DNA of 63,934 nt, counting the filler, from Trichomonas gallinae (lineage: Eukaryota), in the NCBI GenBank assembly GCA_008369845.1. It is 9 parts of 9 records of this genome, joined end to end, with 100 filler letters (N's around TTAATTAATTAA, not from the genome) between each part and the next. Parts side by side here need not be neighbours in the genome. Positions count along the whole stretch, not along the records: positions 1 to 29,245 come from MRSU01000667.1; positions 29,346 to 38,401 come from MRSU01000680.1; 7 more parts are not named here. One strand, written 5' to 3'. Below, piece by piece: positions 20,804 to 31,844 of the stretch; the first letter of the stretch is position 1, and each line of letters starts with the position of its first letter. A program made the position numbers and the translations under genes. Under the pieces are notes generated by a model that worked only from the letters and a program-made list of their open reading frames with translations, made no database searches and was not told the DNA's origin.

Positions 20804-22210
20804 TTATTGGGATAGAAAAGAGATAATATTAGGAGATATGCGGCTTCTTAATGCAGGTGAAGCCAGTGAAGACTGAGATTGTGAAGAAGCTCTTGTGCTT
20901 CTTTTAGACCAAACAGGAGAAGGAATTGCGCCAGCGTACGAAAGCATTGTAACTGCCTGCTCGCTTGAGACGAGAATAGCTTTGTCGATTGGAGACAAAC
21001 CAGTTCTATCGTGTACGTTGACTGCTGCTCCATTCTTTAGCAAGACTTGTATAGCCGATGTTGAGCCTAATTCGGCAGCTAAAACAAGCGGAGTCTTTCC
21101 GTAGAATGAATCTTGGTCAATGTTGTCTTTTGCGAGCTTTGCTACTGTGTTTGGACAGTCAGATGCTGCTGCAATATGCAGTGGAATGGCGCCATGGTTA
21201 GTTTTTATATCTGTTGGCAATGATTTTGAGAAGAAATCAATAGTATCTGAATTATCGGAAAGTGCTGCGAAATGCTGGCATGACCGGCCGAAAACATCGA
21301 CTAAATCAACCTTTGCACCATAGTTTATCAACATTTTTGCAGCTGAAATGTTTCCTTGCGATGCGGCAAAATGAATTGGTGTAATTCCTTGCTTATCTTG
21401 AAGATTTGGATCACAGCCATGCTTTATGAAGAAATAAGTTACTAAAGCATTGCCTTCTTCAGCTGCATAATGAAGTGGAGATCTTCCACAGCAATCTAAC
21501 AAGTTTATATCTTTATTGTATCTGTAGAGCAATCTAATAGTCTTAATATCACCACTCATCGCGGCAAAATGATAGACAGACCAACCTTCTCGTGATTTTG
21601 TTTTCTGATTTGCTTTATTTTTAAGTAAAATATCGACAACATTTCTGTATCCGTGCTTAGCTGCCATACATAAGGGTGTTACACCGTCGACACTTCGTGC
21701 ATCGATTTTGCATTCATTTTCTAATAATAGATTTACAATGGAATCATCATTTGCATAATGCAAAGGTGTCATTCCGTAACAATCTCTAGCGTCAATGTTT
21801 ACTTTTTTGTCGATTAATAAGTTTATTACTTGTTTTGCGTTTTTCTTAACGGCATAGTGAAGTGGTGTAAGTAATTCATTGTCTTGGTTGTATTGGTAAC
21901 TGAATGTTTCGCATAAGTATTCGACTATTTGTGTTTGATTGTTAGCAGCGGCAAAATGAATTGCATCTCTTCCTAGTTCATCGCAATTTATGAATTCTTG
22001 ACCGCAATTCTTCAAGTACGTAAGGCATTTCAGAGCACCATAGTATGCTGCAAGTGCTACTAAGTTTGGTTTGCAAACAAAGAATTCGTTTAACTTTGCA
22101 TCAGGTGGAAACAAGAAGAAACCGCACGGAGCTTCTTCCTCGAAAGCTGAAACGTCATCATTGACCAGTATGTCAATCAAATCATCAAGTTTGTCCTTGA
22201 TTTTCAACAT
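20804..22210 (-). CDS. Ankyrin repeat protein, 468 aa
   Basis: About ten G.TPLH.AA-type repeats. Confidence 0.95.
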   Translation of the reverse strand: MLKIKDKLDDLIDILVNDDVSAFEEEAPCGFFLFPPDAKLNEFFVCKPNLVALAAYYGALKCLTYLKNCGQEFINCDELGRDAIHFAAANNQTQIVEYLCETFSYQYNQDNELLTPLHYAVKKNAKQVINLLIDKKVNIDARDCYGMTPLHYANDDSIVNLLLENECKIDARSVDGVTPLCMAAKHGYRNVVDILLKNKANQKTKSREGWSVYHFAAMSGDIKTIRLLYRYNKDINLLDCCGRSPLHYAAEEGNALVTYFFIKHGCDPNLQDKQGITPIHFAASQGNISAAKMLINYGAKVDLVDVFGRSCQHFAALSDNSDTIDFFSKSLPTDIKTNHGAIPLHIAAASDCPNTVAKLAKDNIDQDSFYGKTPLVLAAELGSTSAIQVLLKNGAAVNVHDRTGLSPIDKAILVSSEQAVTMLSYAGAIPSPVWSKRSTRASSQSQSSLASPALRSRISPNIISFLSQ

Positions 22211-23268
22211 TTTTGATTTTAAAATTTTATGTGACTACATTGTTATTTCGAACTTTTATCAATAGATTTAGAATCCACATAATGAAACATGTCTATTTTT
22301 CGCATTTATTTTGATTTATGAAAAAATAAACCGAAATCACAAAACTTTAAATTTCCAACCTACATATTATACTGAATATATTGATATAAAATTCAAAAAA
22401 GTGAAAAATTTTGCGCGGTTTTGAATAATGGGGAAAATTTATAACAATTTTGGTCATGATAATATATTGACAAGTATCTATAGAATGCAACTATATGTAA
22501 ATTGTAATAAAAAATCAATAAATAATCGATATTCACTATATCGTCCTCCGCTTTTAAAGGAGCAACTTGGTTTTCGATGATCCATACAAATTTTGACGCG
22601 GATAAGTTAAAATATAGGATGTATGATGTATATAGGTATGATATAACCATAATTATTGATTTTTGAGTATTATGGATATTAATATTTTACAGTATAGTTT
22701 AATTTATGACATAATACTTGATTAAACTCTCCAATATAGATTGATATTTTTCTTCATTAGAATAATACAATAGTCAACTTGAGAACATTTATCATTATAT
22801 TATATAGATGAGAATATGCTTAATTATGGATATTGAAAGCCCGAAATCTTCAAAAGATTTTTGATTCTAAATATTTTCTTCCAAGAATATAAATTTAATG
22901 AAAAATGAAACATGTGTAGCTTATAGCTGACAAATACGGGTTCAATCAATGGGAAGCACGCCAAACAAGGCAATCAAACCAAAGTCAACGATTGCTTTTC
23001 AAAACTAAATCGACAAATTGTTTTTATTGTCTATACTATGCTTAAATAATCAAAAATATCGAAGAAATAATTTTATAAACGGAATGGCAAAAATACAATA
23101 AAATTTATAATTATCATAGCATTTAATTCCACATTGTTTCAAAAAAATTCAAAAAAGGCTTCAATTTTGAAAAAATTACAAAAATTTATTGATAAAACCC
23201 ATAAAAAGTCTGACACACATCCCAGCACGAGCATTTAAAGCGCGTATTCGAAAAAATCAGCTCAAAAA

Positions 23269-25749
23269 ATGCAGGATGAGGAAGATGCCAAATCCCTGGA
23301 ATCACCTGGGGACGGAGCATTCTTCCTCATAGACAAGGGCAAGGGTTTTTCACATGCCTACACCACATTGGACACGGAATTAGGCGAAATGGACAAGTTT
23401 CCGCTTCCTTCAGATTTTTCGACGTTTGATGAGTACGGAAATAAAGCTCGCCAGTGGAAATTGAAGCTTAAATCACAAAACCCAGACAAAAAAGTGTATC
23501 CTCTTCCTTCCTCAGCGTTTTATTCAAGACCACCAAAATACGAAAGCTCAGAAGCAAAGAAAATTCAAAAATTTACGTCAAGAAAGAATCCAAAACTCGA
23601 TTTATCAAACAAAAATATCGATGAATTGTTCTCAGCATGCATAACTGAAGATAATCTGAAAGAAAACAAACTTTTTACTTCACCAATTCCAAGTGTAGCC
23701 AATACACCATACTTACAAGACTACATAAACACAGATTTTGTATGGGATTCTGTACATATCCCTTTAGAACCGAAACCAGGTTTTTATGATTCTTTTGAAG
23801 AATATAATTCTGCCTTGATAAATTGGACAAACTACATCACAGGGTTAAATCTCCCGCCACATCCTTCAGATCTCGCACTTGAACTTCATAAAGATGACAG
23901 TTTATCTCACACAAAGCGAAGACTCTCGTCAAAATCGCCTGAATACAAATCTAAATACAGACCGCAAAACATCTACAAGTGCAACAATTTCCTCAGATCA
24001 CTTGGTGAAGCATATATTCAAGATATTTTAAAAGCTGACCCACCAGAAGAAGACGATTGGAGAAAAGTATACACGTTCTCAAAGGCAAGAAGCCAACCAA
24101 AACAAATTGATGAACATATCTACATGTTAGAAAAACATAAAGATACGGTATTAAAATTAATCAATTATGGACCATCAACTCCATTAAATAAACCATCAGC
24201 AAGCGATCGCATTGAAACAGGACTAACATATGATGGAACAAAGTCTTTATCTAAGTCAGAAGTCTTTCATCAGTTAATTTTCTCAGAATATTCAATAAAA
24301 ACAATACGAATTGCTTTAGAGAAGCACATGGAGCTAATACAGCCAGATGATATACATTATCTCATTAAATTGTGCAGAGATTGTACATCAGATTTACTTT
24401 CTGCAAAATTAGTCTATTGCATGGATGCGCTTTTGAATTCGCCATCGAAAGAGTTGTATTTCGATATTTTACTCCAAAATCCTGACTATGTTGAAGGTTT
24501 TTGTTCTTTTATTGGAAAATTCGGTTACATTCCACATATTCCAGCAATTTGCTATTCATTATCACATATTAGAAATGTACCATTCTCTAACTCATTCCAT
24601 CACATCGTAATGTCGTCATATTTATATTGCATATATGAATACTTCAATCAGCCAAACGAAATCGTTTCAAACATCATCACAAAGCATTTTTATAATACAG
24701 CGAAAATATTAAGAAGAGAACAAAGCGCAATTATCAACGGATTCAGAAAAAATACAGCAGAGCGTGAAGCAGCTATGCAAATCATAGTTCTATGCTTAAT
24801 AATACCATACAGACCGTTTGCAATTGCAATTTTGAATCCAGCACCAATTTTTATTATCTCAAGTATATTAGATTGCCAACTTGAGGGAACTGAAGAGTTT
24901 GTCAAACATATAATTACTACATTCGTGCACAGTGATGCTATGCGTTCGTTAGTTCACGATTTGCTTCAATTTGATTTATTCATTATTTCAGCAAAGCCAA
25001 CTTTGCTTGTTCCGTTCGTCTGCAGATGTCTTCAGTATATTGCCCAATTAAATTATCCGGTTATAACTCGTTCTCAAATGCTGACAATTTTCAAATGCTT
25101 CACAAGTAAAATGGATGAAAGCTGCTATCCAATATTACATGACCTAGTTCCGATTTTCTTGAATGATGAACTGTTTTTGGACAGAAATTCAGAAGAATTT
25201 TCAACAGATCGCACAAACTTGATGAACAGAATCACAGATATCATCTGCCAATCCGATGTTCGCATCAGCTACATTTTATTCGACTCAGTGGCTGATCTAA
25301 TGTCATTAGATTCGACAATGACCGTTTCATCTCAGTTTTGGATGGTTTTCTTAGGGGGCTTGTTCAGTGACAATCCAGTCTGCAAACCGTGCTGGAACCT
25401 GTTCCAGAAAATATTTTTGTCATGTAATTCGCACATTTTGCCTGAATTTTTCGAGTTTCAGATGATATCGATCTTCAAAGTCGGCTCCTTCAAGTATTGC
25501 CTACAAGTTTTGAATTTCCTGGCCAACGTTTCAACAGGGACAGACATAGAGATGCTTGAGAAGTGGTTCGCAGGCAACGAAGAGCTTTTGAGGCAGTCTT
25601 TCGGCCTGATTTATAAGGTCATAATTTCGCACGGCCTGAATCTCGATATTCTTGATGCATATCGAAAGATCATTACATCTGATACGGGAAAAACATTCTT
25701 GTCAATCGTGAAATCGGAAAAATTAGATAGACGCATCAATGTTGTTTAA
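23269..25749 (+). CDS. Hypothetical protein with repeated P.P..F..F.EY..A..W motif and ARM-like C-terminus (possible Sca1/ScaA scaffold-like), 826 aa
   Basis: FPLPSDFSTFDEYGNKARQWK and PLEPKPGFYDSFEEYNSALINW, then a long helical region. The family link is from recall only. Confidence 0.6.
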   Translation: MQDEEDAKSLESPGDGAFFLIDKGKGFSHAYTTLDTELGEMDKFPLPSDFSTFDEYGNKARQWKLKLKSQNPDKKVYPLPSSAFYSRPPKYESSEAKKIQKFTSRKNPKLDLSNKNIDELFSACITEDNLKENKLFTSPIPSVANTPYLQDYINTDFVWDSVHIPLEPKPGFYDSFEEYNSALINWTNYITGLNLPPHPSDLALELHKDDSLSHTKRRLSSKSPEYKSKYRPQNIYKCNNFLRSLGEAYIQDILKADPPEEDDWRKVYTFSKARSQPKQIDEHIYMLEKHKDTVLKLINYGPSTPLNKPSASDRIETGLTYDGTKSLSKSEVFHQLIFSEYSIKTIRIALEKHMELIQPDDIHYLIKLCRDCTSDLLSAKLVYCMDALLNSPSKELYFDILLQNPDYVEGFCSFIGKFGYIPHIPAICYSLSHIRNVPFSNSFHHIVMSSYLYCIYEYFNQPNEIVSNIITKHFYNTAKILRREQSAIINGFRKNTAEREAAMQIIVLCLIIPYRPFAIAILNPAPIFIISSILDCQLEGTEEFVKHIITTFVHSDAMRSLVHDLLQFDLFIISAKPTLLVPFVCRCLQYIAQLNYPVITRSQMLTIFKCFTSKMDESCYPILHDLVPIFLNDELFLDRNSEEFSTDRTNLMNRITDIICQSDVRISYILFDSVADLMSLDSTMTVSSQFWMVFLGGLFSDNPVCKPCWNLFQKIFLSCNSHILPEFFEFQMISIFKVGSFKYCLQVLNFLANVSTGTDIEMLEKWFAGNEELLRQSFGLIYKVIISHGLNLDILDAYRKIITSDTGKTFLSIVKSEKLDRRINVV

Positions 25750-26068
25750 ATATTTTTTTGTTCGGTTTTTATATAGCATCTGACTATTTTTCATTACCTA
25801 TACACATCATAAGAGAATGATATCAATCTCTTTTAATGTTTTGATCGAAAAATATTTCAAATTATTTTATCTTCGATTTGTATAGATAATATGCTTCTAC
25901 ACACTATGCAGATCAATATTATAATGTAATTTTCTTATTCTTTCGCTAGTTTTGCGTCACATTTCAATTTGAATTTTATATCAGATGAAATTTATGGAAT
26001 GGTTTATTGTGATGTGTTTTCTAGCCAAAAGGTGATGCTATGGTTATACAATTACTCATTTTTTGATA

Positions 26069-26737
26069 ATGACGAATTTCTCTCGCAACCTTTCATTTCT
26101 CTATTACTTTGCGAGCATTTTCCCGTTTGCTGTTGTTATGATCTCGTGGATTTGCTACTACTCATTAGGTCACCACACGAAAGGAGACATTCCTTACATA
26201 TCCGATACTGTGGTAAAACTTCCACAAAGGAGAATCTTCGCAGCTGGTATGGCAATAGAGATGTGGTTCATAGTTATCCTATATTACATCAGAATTAGCT
26301 ACATTAGAAGTGTAGCTACAAAGATTGGAATTTCAAAGAATATTTCATACATGATCAAGCTAATTTTCATGTATATTTGCATTATATTCGTTCCAATTGG
26401 CCTTTTCGTATTATCAGCAGTGACATTAGAGATGAATTTCAAAGTTCATATCTCGGGTGCAATTGTTTTCTTTTTTGGGTCTTGGATTTTCTATGTCGTC
26501 AGTGACTTTGCAATAATACAATGCAAAATCAAGATTAATTTAGTTTCATTATCATTCACTTGGTTTATTTTCGGATTCTTAGTATTGTATACTGTTCTTT
26601 CCAGCTTCAGTAAGAAATCACTCGTTAATGCAGGAGCAATATTCCAATATTTAACTGCTTTATCAACTTTTGCTAAATTAATCTGCTTCAAATTCGATAT
26701 CCCAGATCACCATCTCGATATTAAGAAAGATGACTAA
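26069..26737 (+). CDS. Frag1/DRAM/Sfk1 (TMEM150)-family membrane protein
   Basis: Six hydrophobic segments; IPYISDT...PQRRIF and VHISGAIVFF motifs. ATG at 26069 after a TCATT initiator. Confidence 0.85.
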   Translation: MTNFSRNLSFLYYFASIFPFAVVMISWICYYSLGHHTKGDIPYISDTVVKLPQRRIFAAGMAIEMWFIVILYYIRISYIRSVATKIGISKNISYMIKLIFMYICIIFVPIGLFVLSAVTLEMNFKVHISGAIVFFFGSWIFYVVSDFAIIQCKIKINLVSLSFTWFIFGFLVLYTVLSSFSKKSLVNAGAIFQYLTALSTFAKLICFKFDIPDHHLDIKKDD

Positions 26738-26930
26738 GTTAGAATTGTGATAATTTAATGCCAATTTTATATCAATTATAATTTATGTTTTTTTTGCTTA
26801 GAAATGATTACGAACTGATTCAAATACTGAATGCATTGGTAGGATTCGAATGATTTATGAAATAAAATCGAGTAAAAAAATTAAACAATTTATCAAATAA
26901 GGATAGAAACTATATAAATATACACAAAAC

Positions 26931-28316
26931 TTATGCTGATTTTGAAGAAAAAGCAGCAATAGCGTCAACCACGGCTAAATATGTTGCAATGCAGCCAGCA
27001 CAGAAACCAAATGCAGCGAGGAGCAATACGAGTATGTTCTTCCAGTGGTGCCATTTCTCCTTTGAGTTCTTGAAATAAAGAATGCCTGGATACATGTAAT
27101 TTACGATGCATCCACCCAAAGCTCCGGAAACACCGAGAGCTGGCCTGATTTGGGAGAGGAACATAGCAATAAGAAGAGGAATGCCATTTGCAAGTCCTAA
27201 AATAAGGAATCTCTTTGTATTTGGAAGTGAATTTGGATTATTGATCTTAAAAACAAGCTGAGACCAACTTCCAAGCACGGCCTGGCAAAGTAATGGATAA
27301 GCACATGTGACAACAATGAAGAAACCAACACGGACAATGATGATAATGATGTCATTATTTTCGAAGCTGTTTAAAATGTTATCTGAGGCCTCTATGCCAA
27401 ATATTGCGTATCCTGTGATGCCTGTGATGCCGACAATGACAATGCAGAAGATGATTGTTGTTAAGATTACATTCAATCTCTTCTTGAGATCTGGAACGAA
27501 AAGCTTGAGTGAAGGGATGGAAACACATGGAAGTGAAAATGTGATTGAGTAGATTGACAATGAGGAGAATAATTTGACGTCAAGTTTCCAAATATCAACA
27601 GTAGGATTCATGCCTTTCTTCGGTAATATCGCAAACGCTTTGTATATCATAACTACTAAGAAGAAAGTAATACAAAACACTGTTGCTGTTGAGAAATATT
27701 GCAAGAATGAAAGATTTCTTGGAATTGTGAGTGCTATAGGCAAGCAAATTCCATAAACGAAAATTAAAAGTGCTCTCCACCAAATACTCGTGCCCAAATT
27801 CAATCCAGCGAGTGTTAACCACGACTTTAACATATCGCCAGCAACAATTAGATAGGCAAGGAGGCCACATGACAAGAAAAGCAGAGTCAATACTGAAAGT
27901 ATGATGGATCCAATCTTACCCAGGATTCTCATAGCAAGATCATCAAAGCCTTCTGATCCTGTTTCGAACTGGAGCTTCACAACTATGCGTGTTGCGAAGA
28001 AAGACAGAACGGCCATGAGTATTAAGACAAGGTACGACATGATTATACCCGAGTTTATGAAAGAATTTGGAACAGATAAGAGGCCAATTCCCAAAACAGA
28101 GTTTAAAAGGTTAAAGCATGTTCCAAGGAAACTAACTGTCTTCTTTTCGGTTTCTTGTTCTGGTTTTTCATTGATATCTTCTTCTTCTGGTCTAGCAACA
28201 TCTGGAGCCTGCTGAATTGGCAAACCATCAATACCAATAGCAACCTTGGGCTTTTTGCTCTGGTTGTCCTGCACAGGCATCATCTCAGGATCATTAACGA
28301 TGTCTTCTAGCTCCAT
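26931..28316 (-). CDS. Amino-acid transporter (AAAP/SLC38-like), 461 aa
   Basis: FNLLNSVLGIGLLSVP motif, about 11 TM segments, GYAIFG...ILNSF. Confidence 0.92.
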   Translation of the reverse strand: MELEDIVNDPEMMPVQDNQSKKPKVAIGIDGLPIQQAPDVARPEEEDINEKPEQETEKKTVSFLGTCFNLLNSVLGIGLLSVPNSFINSGIIMSYLVLILMAVLSFFATRIVVKLQFETGSEGFDDLAMRILGKIGSIILSVLTLLFLSCGLLAYLIVAGDMLKSWLTLAGLNLGTSIWWRALLIFVYGICLPIALTIPRNLSFLQYFSTATVFCITFFLVVMIYKAFAILPKKGMNPTVDIWKLDVKLFSSLSIYSITFSLPCVSIPSLKLFVPDLKKRLNVILTTIIFCIVIVGITGITGYAIFGIEASDNILNSFENNDIIIIIVRVGFFIVVTCAYPLLCQAVLGSWSQLVFKINNPNSLPNTKRFLILGLANGIPLLIAMFLSQIRPALGVSGALGGCIVNYMYPGILYFKNSKEKWHHWKNILVLLLAAFGFCAGCIATYLAVVDAIAAFSSKSA

Positions 28317-29173
28317 TTTTTATTTAAATGAAAACGATGACCATTTTTGAATTGTTTACAAAAATATCAAAATTTTATCAAAATCGTTATATCTATATTA
28401 TAAGCAATTTGATACTCGTATCGTTAATTTAAATTGTGTATAATTTACGGGCGTCGAAGCATTGATAAACAGCATTATAAAATACGAGCATATTAAATAA
28501 GCTTAATTTTATTTTTGTATCGCACTGAAAATTGAATTATAAATAATCGTTAGAAGTTTTTACATCATTTGAACTAACATGGATATTTTGCGTTTTTACG
28601 AATCATTATAGGATAAATCATCTAAGTAACCTAAAATTTTCCAAATTTAAATGATCATATGGATCAAATCTAAATTGGTTGTAATAATATCTTGTTTTAG
28701 GTAATATACAGTAGAAATTTTAGCTTAAATTTAATTTATCATTATTTGTTTGATGAAAATGACCTATGATCCCCATATTTTGATGAAGTTGATATAAGAA
28801 AATTCTATTAAGATGATTTATTTAGTTTGTTGAAAAAGTGATACATGAAAAGTGAGAGTGAAATCTGGAGAAAAAACTGATTCTAAGGCATCTGAATTTA
28901 TGCGTGTTTTAATTGATTATAGACACATAGATAAGTTAAATGGAGAAGTTTATATAGATTAAAGAAATGATCTCAAATCTGAAATTGAAAAATAAGTATT
29001 ATAGGAATGCTAACATATATAATTGTGGAGATTAGGGCAGATATATTAAAACTAATATAGTTATCTGCAATGTAATAGCATATATCTGAATATTACACCA
29101 ACCTAATATTTGAAAAATTAGCTAAAATGTCATTGTTTGTATCTTAAGTATTCTTAATATAGGCTTAATGTAA

Positions 29174-29245
29174 GGCACTATGGCCGAGTGGTTAAGGCGT
29201 GGGATTTGAGTCCCCATGGGTTTATCCCGCATCGGTTCAAATCCG
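29174..29245 (+). tRNA. tRNA-Ser(TGA), 3' end truncated by gap
   Basis: GGCACTA acceptor strand, TGGCCGAGTGGTTAAGGC D-arm, anticodon TGA at 29207-29209, long variable arm GGG-TTTAT-CCC, GGTTCAAATCC T-arm. Confidence 0.9.
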
Positions 29246-29345
29246 NNNNNNNNNNNNNNNNNNNNNNNNNNNNNNNNNNNNNNNNNNNNTTAATTAATTA
29301 ANNNNNNNNNNNNNNNNNNNNNNNNNNNNNNNNNNNNNNNNNNNN
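29246..29345. other. Artificial 100-bp contig spacer; identical spacers at 38402-38501, 41781-41880, 49778-49877, 54554-54653, 59098-59197, 60375-60474 and 61652-61751
   Basis: N-runs around TTAATTAATTAA, which places stop codons in all six frames. Confidence 0.98.
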
Positions 29346-29418
29346 TTTCTGGGCAAAACGATAATTTTCAATACCGCATTCAAAAATTGAGACCGCTATT
29401 TGGTCGCGGAGCGGACCC
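29346..29418 (-). mobile_element. Terminus of a dispersed repeat (Kolobok-like non-autonomous element) followed by TTAA
   Basis: One mismatch versus 41882-41954; similarity stops after ...GCGGACCC TTAA; inverted, diverged copy at 36098-36171. Confidence 0.7.
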
Positions 29419-30002
29419 TTAACAAAATCGACACACAGCAATCAAATATATTACCATATGAATCTTATATAAGAATATTCTCAATGTATTATAGCAAATG
29501 GTCAGAGAAAAGATAAAATCTAAGGTTGATCAAGATTTTTGAAATTTGATCAAGCAAAATTAATCCTCTATACCAACAAATTCGAAAACATGATTTTAAT
29601 GAGGTGAGGTAATATTTAGAATCATGATTGATTATCTTTCATCCTAAGCTGTTTGATAGCAGTCTTTATCAACAGACGATAGGCTGTAAACGATGCGATC
29701 TACTTGCTTTCACTGTATCATTGATTTGTTCGACAATTCCGCAGAATAATAATATTGGCCTTTTTATCACAATTTTTCAATCTAATTCAGCTAGATGGTG
29801 GCCATAATTAATAAAATCCATTTTAATAACCAAAATGATTATTTTAATGCATTTATGATATAAAATCTGGACAAATTATCAAATTTTTATTTTTGTCTCC
29901 AAAATCAAAATATAGGATATATACATGATGTATATGCTATATTTCAAGTTTTAACGATGTCAATTTGAACAAATTCTATTTCTGGCACTTTTTAGTCCGG
30001 AT

Positions 30003-30584
30003 ATGAAGCATATCAAAATCGTTGCTGTCGGAGATGGTGCAGTTGGTAAGACTTGCATGCTAACATGCTATACATCTGGCACATTCCCAGAAGACTATGT
30101 TCCAACAATTTTCGATAACTACGCTCAATCAATTGTCATCGATGGCCAAAATGTCAACCTTCAGCTTTGGGATACAGCAGGCCAGGAAGACTACGAAAAG
30201 ATTCGTCCAATGTCATACCCAGACACTGATGTTTTCCTCGTTTGCTTCTCATTAGTTTCGCCAACATCTCTCGAAAACGTAGAGAATGTTTGGGTTTCTG
30301 AAATCACAGCTGGTGCTCCAAACGCCAAGAAGATCCTTGTCGGTCTTAAGAAGGACCTTCGTGATCACTTTGATGCATCTCTTGACCCACTTGCTAAGCC
30401 AATCACTACCGAGCAGGGCAAGAAGGTCGGTGAAAAGATTGGTGCTGTTAAGTACCTCGAATGCTCCGCTAAGACAAAGGATGGACTTAATGAAATTTTC
30501 ATCGAGGCTGGCCGTGCCATCATTAATCGCAGCAATGAACAAAAGGAAAAGGAAGCTAAGAAGAAGGACTGCCTTTTGATCTAA
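30003..30584 (+). CDS. Rho-family small GTPase (Rac-like), 193 aa
   Basis: GDGAVGKT, YVPTIFDNY, LWDTAGQEDY, RPMSYPDTD, YLECSAK, polybasic tail and CAAX box CLLI. Confidence 0.97.
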   Translation: MKHIKIVAVGDGAVGKTCMLTCYTSGTFPEDYVPTIFDNYAQSIVIDGQNVNLQLWDTAGQEDYEKIRPMSYPDTDVFLVCFSLVSPTSLENVENVWVSEITAGAPNAKKILVGLKKDLRDHFDASLDPLAKPITTEQGKKVGEKIGAVKYLECSAKTKDGLNEIFIEAGRAIINRSNEQKEKEAKKKDCLLI

Positions 30585-30896
30585 TTTCATAAATTTGATT
30601 TTTTATTTTTTCACGAGGAATTCATTTCTTTTGCTGACTACTATTTACGATAAACCTGTGAAAGTTTCAAGTAATTTAAAAAAATCTATAAAAACTTTTT
30701 ATTAAAAACATAATATCTATAATATTATTGACAATTTTCGGCACTAGAACAACTAAATAGTTGCAAGTAATTAAATTCGGTAAATCATTATCGAAATTAT
30801 TCAAAAGTTAATTCAAACAAAATTAGATAGAGATAATAATATAAAATGAACATATGTTAACATGGAAAGCTGTTTCTGGTGGTTTTGAAGATAAAA

Positions 30897-31844
30897 TCAT
30901 TTCACGTTGCATAAAAATGAAGCAATTGCAAAACTGAATACGATAATTGGCGGAATTGTGTAATATGATTCAACTGTTGCATCATTATCATATATTTTCA
31001 TCAACGAAAGGAATTCGTTATTTTTTTCATCGATCATAATTGAATTTTTAATACTTTTCACAGCATATCTTCCATTAATATTAAGAGACCAAAGACCGCA
31101 CGGCGAAATTGATGGTTTCTTCGAAGTTAATTTCATCGGAACATTAGGATATGATTGTTTAAACTCAATAGTAGTGACACGCGGAGAATTACGAATCTTT
31201 CCGGGACAAATTGTGATTTCTGCAAGATCCGAAGTATCTGTATAAAGTCTGAAAAAATCATAATCTTGAGAAGTCATTAATTTCGCATCGCTAACTGCTG
31301 ATGGGTTTTTGAAGTTCGCACCAGTATATATAGGAATCGTACGATGTGATTTCTTGATTTTTGCAAAGAATAAAAATTCTCTTCCTCTACGTAGTTCAAA
31401 TCGAGTTTTTGTACCCTTCCATGACAGCTTTATATGTCTATTGAATTTAAATGGAACCAATCCAGTTGTTATTGGGTATCCATTAATTCTTTTGATTGAA
31501 CTTGTCATTTCGTGAAATTCTTCTTCTGTTATTTGCCTGTTTGGATCGAGAGGAGTTTCTTGTTCTTCCGAGTTTTGTGTTTCTTCCTGAATTTCTGGTT
31601 GTTCCTGTATTTGTTCATTAATTTCTTCGATTTCTGGCGTTTTTTCTGGTTCTTCTGGCTTTGGTTCAGGTTCTGGTTCCTTTACAGGTATATCAGGATC
31701 AGTTTTATCATCTTCGAGAATTAAAACGTCTTTTTTGGTTCTAGTCTTTCGAATGCGAGTTCTAGTCGGTGGTCTCTTGGGTGGCACAATCTTTAGCTCC
31801 CCATCTGACCCGCTGTCATCGAAGACAATCGTATTCAGTGACAT
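30897..31844 (-). CDS. Tubby C-terminal domain-like protein
   Basis: Acidic Pro/Glu-rich N-terminus; KKP...WSLNINGRYAVKSIKN...FSFAIASF matches the Tubby terminal motif. First ATG at 31844. Confidence 0.8.
   Translation of the reverse strand: MSLNTIVFDDSGSDGELKIVPPKRPPTRTRIRKTRTKKDVLILEDDKTDPDIPVKEPEPEPKPEEPEKTPEIEEINEQIQEQPEIQEETQNSEEQETPLDPNRQITEEEFHEMTSSIKRINGYPITTGLVPFKFNRHIKLSWKGTKTRFELRRGREFLFFAKIKKSHRTIPIYTGANFKNPSAVSDAKLMTSQDYDFFRLYTDTSDLAEITICPGKIRNSPRVTTIEFKQSYPNVPMKLTSKKPSISPCGLWSLNINGRYAVKSIKNSIMIDEKNNEFLSLMKIYDNDATVESYYTIPPIIVFSFAIASFLCNVK

Noticed and set aside
3685..31844. Phosphoinositide and signalling 'cluster' (PI4K, Sfk1/DRAM, RasGEF-like, Rac, Tubby)
   Set aside because: Genes are many kb apart with unrelated genes between, Rac and Tubby are on another contig, and these families are large in trichomonads.
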